Below are positions 56,979-62,925 of a stretch of 62,925 bases of DNA, piece after piece. Below the pieces are notes generated by a model. The model did not search any database. It was given only the letters and a program-made list of their open reading frames with translations, and was not told the origin of the DNA. Positions within the stretch are counted from its first letter, which is position 1; each line of letters opens with the position of its first letter. A program made the translations under genes and the position numbers. Source of the stretch: Pseudomonadota bacterium (GTDB taxonomy: Bacteria; Bdellovibrionota_B; Oligoflexia; Silvanigrellales; Silvanigrellaceae); contig JAYTOT010000093.1 in the NCBI GenBank assembly GCA_043747645.1, forward strand, positions 1-62,925. The letters are read 5' to 3'.

Positions 56979-57737
56979 TTAGATTAAACGAGGTGGACGA
57001 GGAATCCATAATTCGTTTATGCTTGAATTGATTGTATCGGATGAATCGGCTGTATTTCGGCGTACTTCTATGGGCACGCCTTGTTGAATTATTTTACCTT
57101 GATTCATAATTATGAGGTGAGCCGCCAATGCGAATGCTTCTTCACGATCATGGGTAACTAATACAACTGGAATAGAGTATTTTTTTTGAATGTTTAGGAG
57201 TATTTGACCCATTTTGATGCGACTCGATTGATCGAGTGAACTAAAGGGTTCGTCGAGCAATAACATGCGAGGTTCGGAAATTAGAGTGCGTGCCAAAGCC
57301 GCCCGCTGGCGTTGTCCGCCCGAAATTTGCTGCGGCGATGATTTTGCATAGTCAGATATTTCAAAATCGTGGAGCAAAATTAACGCTTTTTCTAGAGATT
57401 TTTTTTGAGATAAATGTTTAGCACCAAAAACAACATTTTGAAGAATGCTTAACTGGGGAAACAAACATTCTTGTTGAGGAAGATATCCAAATTTTCTCTT
57501 TTGAATATTTAAGTTGAATTTTGAATTGCTATCAAAAATTGTTTCGTTGTTTATTTTTATAAATCCAGAATCTGGAATTTCGAGTCCGGCTAAAAGTCTG
57601 ATTAGAGTTGATTTGCCAGAGCCAGACGGGCCAAAAATAACCGTTATTTCGTGAGGCAATTTTGCCGTAGCGTGAAATTCGAAATGCCTTGAAGTTTCAT
57701 ATTTTTTTCTAAGGTCGAATTCAAAGTAATGAGGCAT
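56979..57737 (-). CDS. modC: molybdate ABC transporter ATP-binding protein ModC (short form, no TOBE domain)
   Basis: Walker A GPSGSGKST, signature ISGGQRQRAALAR, Walker B LLLDEPFSSLD. Only 252 aa. Confidence 0.75.
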   Translation of the reverse strand: MPHYFEFDLRKKYETSRHFEFHATAKLPHEITVIFGPSGSGKSTLIRLLAGLEIPDSGFIKINNETIFDSNSKFNLNIQKRKFGYLPQQECLFPQLSILQNVVFGAKHLSQKKSLEKALILLHDFEISDYAKSSPQQISGGQRQRAALARTLISEPRMLLLDEPFSSLDQSSRIKMGQILLNIQKKYSIPVVLVTHDREEAFALAAHLIIMNQGKIIQQGVPIEVRRNTADSSDTINSSINELWIPRPPRLI

Positions 57738-57791
57738 TCAAAAAGCTTTCAAGTTAATTCAAACAACTGTGAAATTCAAATCCTATTTATT

Positions 57792-58457
57792 CTAAAAAGC
57801 AGATTTATGAAAGACTCGTGCCACAATTAAGAACGCAAGGGAAGTAAAAGCTAGAACCATTGCCATCGTGTTTGCTTCTCGCCATAATCCTGCAGTGGCT
57901 AAAGAATAAATTGTGAGAGGCAGAGTAGCCGTGCTTTCTGGAATGTTTCCTGCAACCATAAGAGTGGCTCCAAACTCTCCTAAACAGCGCGTGAATGCCA
58001 GTACAATTCCTCCACTAATATTGCCTTTGGCGAGAGGCAGTAGAGTTTTAAAAAGTGTTTCAAATTTTGAATAGCCCAGTGAATATGAAATTTCGATGAA
58101 TTTAACATCGATGGATTCAAAGGCAGACTGAGATGTCTTAACTACCAGTGGAAGTGCAACAACAGTGCTTGCAAGCGCCGCTCCTTGCCAAGTAAAGAGA
58201 AACGAAAAGTTGAAAATATGAAGGATTAAATTTCCAAAAAAACTGTCTCGACCTAAAGCAAATATAAGGTAATAACCCACAACTGTGGGTGGTAAAACAA
58301 GTGGTAAAAGTATGAAGGTTTCTATTATTGTTTTGAATCTGAAATTTTGAAATGCCAAAAAATATCCCATCGGGATTCCGATAACTGAAACAACTAGAGT
58401 TGCAACAGAAGATATCTTGAGTGATAATAATAGTGGAACCAAATAGTTGTTCTGCAC
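57792..58457 (-). CDS. modB: molybdate ABC transporter permease ModB
   Basis: CysTW/ModB-type EAA region TRCLGEFGATLMVAGNIP. Five TM helices. Confidence 0.85.
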   Translation of the reverse strand: MQNNYLVPLLLSLKISSVATLVVSVIGIPMGYFLAFQNFRFKTIIETFILLPLVLPPTVVGYYLIFALGRDSFFGNLILHIFNFSFLFTWQGAALASTVVALPLVVKTSQSAFESIDVKFIEISYSLGYSKFETLFKTLLPLAKGNISGGIVLAFTRCLGEFGATLMVAGNIPESTATLPLTIYSLATAGLWREANTMAMVLAFTSLAFLIVARVFHKSAF

Positions 58458-58459
58458 TT

Positions 58460-59209
58460 TTATTTAAATCCTAATTTGACAAACAGTGGTTGGCAGTCTT
58501 TAGCTAATGAATCGATAAAATGTTGGGCAGAATTTTTGGAATTAGATTTTTTGATAATTGCGGCTGTGTATTCAATAGAAGAATGCCAGTTTGAAGGGAT
58601 TAAAAATTGGAATTGCGAGCCTTTGGAGTTTTGCGAATCAGACGCATATACAAATCCAGCTTGCACTTCTCCCCGTTCAACATAGTCGACAACTTGCCGG
58701 ACACTTTCAGTATAGACTATTTTTGGTGCAATTTTATCCCACTTATTAAGGTATGTTAGAGTTTCTTTTGTGTATTTTCCTGCAGCAACGGTTAGCGGAT
58801 TGCCAATTGCGATGCGCTTGATGTTTGGATTTTCAAGATCATCAATTGTTATTTTTGCGCTCGCAAGAGGCGTAACTAAAACCAAGCTGTTTCTGGCAAA
58901 AGTACGCAGTGAATCTTTTTCCAGCAAGTTTTTTTCTATGAGATAATCAATATCGGAATGAATTGCCGGAATAAATATATCAATTGGTGCGCCCTGTTCA
59001 ATTTGAGTGCGAAGTACCCCAGATGCAGCAAATTGTAATAGAATATTTGAATTTGGATGTTTTGTTTTGTGAATTTTTACACATTCAGTTAATGCTTGGG
59101 TTAAACTGGCCGCAGCAGAAACGGTGATATTGTCGGCCTTTCCATTAAAATTAAAGCAAGCTATTGAAGCTAAAAATGCAACAAAAAAACTTGATATTTT
59201 TGAGACCAA
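58460..59209 (-). CDS. modA: molybdate ABC transporter periplasmic binding protein ModA
   Basis: Signal peptide. Motifs ITVSAAASLTQAL and AIGNPLTVAAGKYTKE are typical of ModA. Confidence 0.85.
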   Translation of the reverse strand: MVSKISSFFVAFLASIACFNFNGKADNITVSAAASLTQALTECVKIHKTKHPNSNILLQFAASGVLRTQIEQGAPIDIFIPAIHSDIDYLIEKNLLEKDSLRTFARNSLVLVTPLASAKITIDDLENPNIKRIAIGNPLTVAAGKYTKETLTYLNKWDKIAPKIVYTESVRQVVDYVERGEVQAGFVYASDSQNSKGSQFQFLIPSNWHSSIEYTAAIIKKSNSKNSAQHFIDSLAKDCQPLFVKLGFK

Positions 59210-59304
59210 TTTAATGAAGCGTGTTTTCAGAAATCCCCCGGATTTTGAGCAAATTCACCGGAGTATACGGACTTATCCCTTGAGTGTCTAGGGGCTGAAA
59301 TGAC

Positions 59305-60426
59305 TCAATTTTCTTGCAAGCCCATTTCTTTGCGCAAATTTTTAATTTCTTGATACATTATGCTGGCATCAACAACTCCATCAAAAATAAAAACCACACG
59401 GCGGTTTTTCCGCAAATCGGCGGGAGTCTTTTCAGGGTTCACTGCAAGTTGATTTGGCCCAAAGCCTTCGGCGCTCACTTTGGTGGGCGCAACTCCAGAC
59501 TCTAATAAAAGTCGCTTAATTGTAGATGCTCTGCGGGTTGAAAGGTCGATATTGTATTCTAACTTACCACGAGAGTCTGTGTGACCTTCAATGGCCAATG
59601 TCTGCCATAGGGCATTGTGGGTTTTCAAAATAGCCCCTAATTTTCGCACAAAAGTATCGAAACGAGCTTCTAGTTCTGATTTTGCTGTGTCAAAATTTAC
59701 AAGCTGACCATCTAGAACAATACGTACTTTTGGCACGGGCGCAGGTGCAGCAGGTGGTGGTGTTACTTTAGCTTCTTCTTTAATGCGCGGTTCAGAGCTA
59801 GGGCCAAATCCTATCTGGAAGCCCACTGAAGCTAAAATTATTTGGCGGTTTGGTATTGTAACATCTGTAGTGATCTCCGCCGTCAATCGGTCAGAAAACA
59901 CAGGTACAAAATCAGTGTCTAAGGTTGCACTTGCGCCCGCTAAAAAATGGGGGCCCGCAACAGGATTGGCCTTTGAGAATGAAACAGATTTATCTAAAAG
60001 CGCTCTTACAATGGGGCCAGCGCGAAAATTTTGTTTCCACTCACGCCGCGCAGCCAACGACATTTCTCCCGTGCGGGAGCGAATGCTAAGTTCTTTTTCG
60101 CGGAAGACGGTTCCGTCTTTTTCGGTGCGAGTGTCTTCGCCTTTTGATGTGCCGATATTATTATAAAGCCAAGCTCCACCTACCTCAGTATCCCATAAAC
60201 CCAAACGCAAACCTAAAGCACCATCAACCCTTAAATGGTATCCATATTTGCTGACTTCTGATTTGGATTGAGACATGAGGTGCGAATATCCTGCGGCAGC
60301 ACCTACCCAGACCTTTAAATGGCTGGTGTTGTCTTGAGCAATGGCGAAACTAAAAACAAAGCCAGAAGCCAGAAATGATATATACTTCATTGCTGGTAAA
60401 GCGCACAAAGATTTAAAAAAATTCAC
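59305..60426 (-). CDS. OmpA-family outer-membrane protein (N-terminal beta-barrel, Pro-rich linker, C-terminal OmpA peptidoglycan-binding domain)
   Basis: C-terminal domain LAIEGHTDSRGKLEYNIDLSTRRASTIKRLL. Linker PPPAAPAPVP. Confidence 0.8.
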   Translation of the reverse strand: MNFFKSLCALPAMKYISFLASGFVFSFAIAQDNTSHLKVWVGAAAGYSHLMSQSKSEVSKYGYHLRVDGALGLRLGLWDTEVGGAWLYNNIGTSKGEDTRTEKDGTVFREKELSIRSRTGEMSLAARREWKQNFRAGPIVRALLDKSVSFSKANPVAGPHFLAGASATLDTDFVPVFSDRLTAEITTDVTIPNRQIILASVGFQIGFGPSSEPRIKEEAKVTPPPAAPAPVPKVRIVLDGQLVNFDTAKSELEARFDTFVRKLGAILKTHNALWQTLAIEGHTDSRGKLEYNIDLSTRRASTIKRLLLESGVAPTKVSAEGFGPNQLAVNPEKTPADLRKNRRVVFIFDGVVDASIMYQEIKNLRKEMGLQEN

Positions 60427-60436
60427 TCAATACCCC

Positions 60437-61504
60437 TCATGGCACGCGACGAAACGCACTAGTGGGAACAACTTCCCAAGTGGATGCAGATGCTGGCTTC
60501 CAAAGTAACATAATTTCGATGCTGTCTGCTGGTCCTTGATAGTAGTCAAGGCGCATGCGGTGACGGCCTGCAGTCACTGCAATGGGTGCGGAAGTCGTTT
60601 TTCGTGTTGAGGAATGGAGTCCATCGTTATCAACAATTAAATTTGTATTCAAATAGAGCCGCGAACCATCGTCGCTTTGCGTTGCAAATTCATATTTTTC
60701 ATCGGATGGAATAGCTAATTCAAAATCAAAACGAATGCCAAACCATTGATTGTAGGTCTCGAGTCCCGGCACACCATTAGTATAATTTCTGAGTGGAACA
60801 TCGATATTTTTGGCCATAAGTTTAGTGACGGGAGTCATTTTGCTGAAGTCTGGAAGCATTTTAGTATTAGTAGGGAGCTCAAAAACGTTGCCAACCGCAC
60901 CTTGAGAAATGCCGTCATCTTTTGCAAAAATTTGACCTGTTGCAAGTAAGGTAACTGGAATTTTAGTTGTTACTTTTGTGTTGTCAACGACAGAAATAAC
61001 AAATTGTTCAGTAAATTGTTTAGTTACCTTATCGCCGGCAATATATTTTGCCAGCGATTTTTCAAATTCTACTGTTCCACTCTCAGTTTCAGCGGTTTTG
61101 TCTGCGGATTTTTCAATCGAAACTGCCCATTTGCAATCTTTTGAATCGGTTAAGGTAACAGGCAACGCATAACTTTCTTTGGGGCTCAGGATAATTCCGC
61201 CCACGGTAGTCAATTGGCTCAGTTGGCTCTTTAGTGTTTTTTCGCAGTCTTCTTTTGGAACAGGGATGGGTGCTGGCTTTTGAACGATTTCACCAGATTT
61301 GCTGTCGGGATTTTGACTCTTTTGAGCTTCTTGGTTTGAGTCGCCTTTTTGGTCGCCTTTAGGAGGAGTATTTATTTCGTTTTTTTGTGGCTCTTGCAGC
61401 TCCGGAGCATGCACATATTTACTTTTATTATCTTCACCGCAGGCAGAAGCAATTGAAATAAGAGTCAGACCGGTAAATTTTGCTATCAATGTGAATCGTT
61501 TCAT
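60437..61504 (-). CDS. lipoprotein with a C-terminal PA14-like domain
   Basis: Lipobox ISIASAC|GE. C-terminal segment DDGSRLYLNTNLIVDNDGLHS...VTAGRHRMRLDYYQG resembles PA14/GLEYA carbohydrate-binding domains. Confidence 0.5.
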   Translation of the reverse strand: MKRFTLIAKFTGLTLISIASACGEDNKSKYVHAPELQEPQKNEINTPPKGDQKGDSNQEAQKSQNPDSKSGEIVQKPAPIPVPKEDCEKTLKSQLSQLTTVGGIILSPKESYALPVTLTDSKDCKWAVSIEKSADKTAETESGTVEFEKSLAKYIAGDKVTKQFTEQFVISVVDNTKVTTKIPVTLLATGQIFAKDDGISQGAVGNVFELPTNTKMLPDFSKMTPVTKLMAKNIDVPLRNYTNGVPGLETYNQWFGIRFDFELAIPSDEKYEFATQSDDGSRLYLNTNLIVDNDGLHSSTRKTTSAPIAVTAGRHRMRLDYYQGPADSIEIMLLWKPASASTWEVVPTSAFRRVP

Positions 61505-61698
61505 GGCCGAAACCTCCAGAGAGTGGCTTTCAAAACACTTTCGGCAGATTGAGACAAAAACTGGAGTACTTCCTACATTTATTTTTAATTTCAGTGTGTT
61601 GAGTTGATTCTTTCGGATTGGTCAGAATTGAAACTAATGGCCGTAAGACTGGTTTGAATCGTATTTTTTAACCCGAAACTTTGTTTAAGGACTTTATA

Positions 61699-62925
61699 AT
61701 GTTTTCGTGGCGCTTTGCAGTTTGTTCATTGATTATTGTGACTTCGGCCTTTATCAATGAAATATTTAACATAAATGCTCCAGTCCATTTTATTACAAAG
61801 GTGGGAACACACTATTTGCCTCGCGCTTCGCTGGCTATATTTGCAATTTCTATGGCTTACACACTTTTATTGCGCGCTTTGGTGCCGTTACTAAACCGAG
61901 CAGGGCTTGTGCTCCTGATTCATTTTGGTATTTTTTCTGTTGTTTTTGTGGTTTTTTCGTTAAAACCACCGGCGGGAATTTGGGGACCTTCACTTTATTA
62001 CGTTTTCGCAAATGTCTTTTATTACGCAACAACATTTTTAGTTTGGGGCGCAGTTGGCAGATATTTTTCACTTTTTGAATTCCAAAAACATTACCCTTAT
62101 TTTTTGATTTTTCATGAAGGAGCTTCGGTTTTTGCGGATATTTTAAATTATGTAAATCCAATGATTCAATCAATGGGTATGAGTTTAAGGCCTGTATTAT
62201 TGAGTTTGCCGCTGCTACTTTTGGGGATTTCGAGCATATTATTTTTGCCCGAGCATGTTGAAAATGAAAAATTTGGCAATAGAAAACATGAAGACTCTCA
62301 GGTTTCACAGGTTTCGGTTTACAGCTTTGTTTCTATTTTAGGTGCTTGTGGCATATACGAAATTATTTCTGCCAATTGGCACTACCAATTTAGTACTGCA
62401 CTAGAACAGAATTTTGCTACTCCATATGCATTAAGCCGCTTTTTATCTTTGTATCAAATTTCTTTGAGTGTGGCGGTAACTATTATTGGGTTTTTAGTTT
62501 CACGCTATGTTTTTCATAAAATGAGCTTGTTTTTTCCGCAGATTTTGATGATTGCAATGGTTTTTATAGCGCTAATATGCTTAAAAATTAACGCTTTTAA
62601 TATTGTTTTTGTTATTATTGCGTTCGAGTTTATCCGATCGTTAGTTGATGCAACATTATTGTTTCCGGGGCGAGACCTTATTTATTCGAGCATGCCAGAG
62701 AACATTAATTTAGGGTTGCGCAATGCTCTCGAAAAAATAGTAACTCCCGTTTCTTTATTTTTAGCTAACACAGCAATTATATTATTTGCTGCTAAACCAA
62801 TGTTCAGAGCTTGGAATTATTGGGGTATTGTTTCTTTATTAGTTGTGTGGAGTTTTTTAGTCTATCGGTTTAGAGATTTGTATTACAATTTTCATCTGCT
62901 CAATTTAAATTCAACGCGTCTGGGA
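61699..62925 (+). CDS. polytopic integral membrane protein, 3'-partial (runs off the window end)
   Basis: Hand translation gives an open frame from ATG 61699 to the window end (409 aa, no stop) with at least 10 hydrophobic helices. It is absent from the ORF track because it has no stop. The 61850..62308 minus-strand ORF is its antisense shadow. Confidence 0.5.
   Translation, partial: MFSWRFAVCSLIIVTSAFINEIFNINAPVHFITKVGTHYLPRASLAIFAISMAYTLLLRALVPLLNRAGLVLLIHFGIFSVVFVVFSLKPPAGIWGPSLYYVFANVFYYATTFLVWGAVGRYFSLFEFQKHYPYFLIFHEGASVFADILNYVNPMIQSMGMSLRPVLLSLPLLLLGISSILFLPEHVENEKFGNRKHEDSQVSQVSVYSFVSILGACGIYEIISANWHYQFSTALEQNFATPYALSRFLSLYQISLSVAVTIIGFLVSRYVFHKMSLFFPQILMIAMVFIALICLKINAFNIVFVIIAFEFIRSLVDATLLFPGRDLIYSSMPENINLGLRNALEKIVTPVSLFLANTAIILFAAKPMFRAWNYWGIVSLLVVWSFLVYRFRDLYYNFHLLNLNSTRLG

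Noticed and set aside
61850-62308. 152-aa minus-strand ORF near the window end
   Set aside because: Lys-rich antisense of the hand-translated 409-aa open membrane-protein frame on the plus strand, which has far better coding character.
1-62925. CRISPR arrays, integrase/transposase genes, rRNA genes
   Set aside because: No regularly spaced direct repeats, no tyrosine- or serine-recombinase or DDE motifs in any listed ORF, and no rRNA-like sequence were seen in the window.

Overview
The window is about 63 kb at roughly 40% GC and gene-dense. It looks like a Gram-negative chromosome, because it carries KdsA (LPS biosynthesis), OmpA-family and lipobox proteins, modABC and an oppABCDF operon. The HU protein with a lysine/alanine/proline tail and the many secreted or lipoprotein ORFs suggest a Bdellovibrio-like or deltaproteobacterial lineage, but that is inference only.

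Layout:
(1) 1-5.7 kb is an AT-rich accessory patch. It holds a type IV toxin-antitoxin pair (AbiEi/AbiEii), a degenerate tRNA-Phe-like remnant, a Schlafen/AlbA_2 + HATPase_c_4 + wHTH protein, and a HigB-like (frameshifted) / HigA-like pair.
(2) An orphan sigma-54 enhancer-binding response regulator is divergent from a candidate sigma-54 promoter that drives a frameshifted MFS transporter.
(3) An opp operon has two tandem OppA paralogs and an OppC carrying a ~190 aa periplasmic Fn3-like insertion.
(4) Housekeeping genes: folD, HU, phhA, kdsA, ilvA, FNR, radA, rlmD-like, tRNA-Ala(GGC), modABC.
(5) A Bat-like module without MoxR: DUF58, then a 927-aa fusion with an N-terminal double transmembrane segment and a C-terminal DUF4159, then a 685-aa membrane-anchored periplasmic protein.
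(6) A self-sufficient CYP102 (P450-BM3-like) P450-reductase fusion.
(7) An overlapping minus-strand gene train: DEDDh exonuclease, a 722-aa transmembrane coiled-coil protein, a 168-aa ORF, an NFACT/RqcH-like protein, a GT4 glycosyltransferase and a WbaP-like phosphotransferase.

No integrase, transposase or CRISPR array was seen. Several in-gene tandem repeats (12, 18 and 24 bp) are present. ORFs that run off either end of the window are missing from the supplied track; one at each end was recovered by hand translation.
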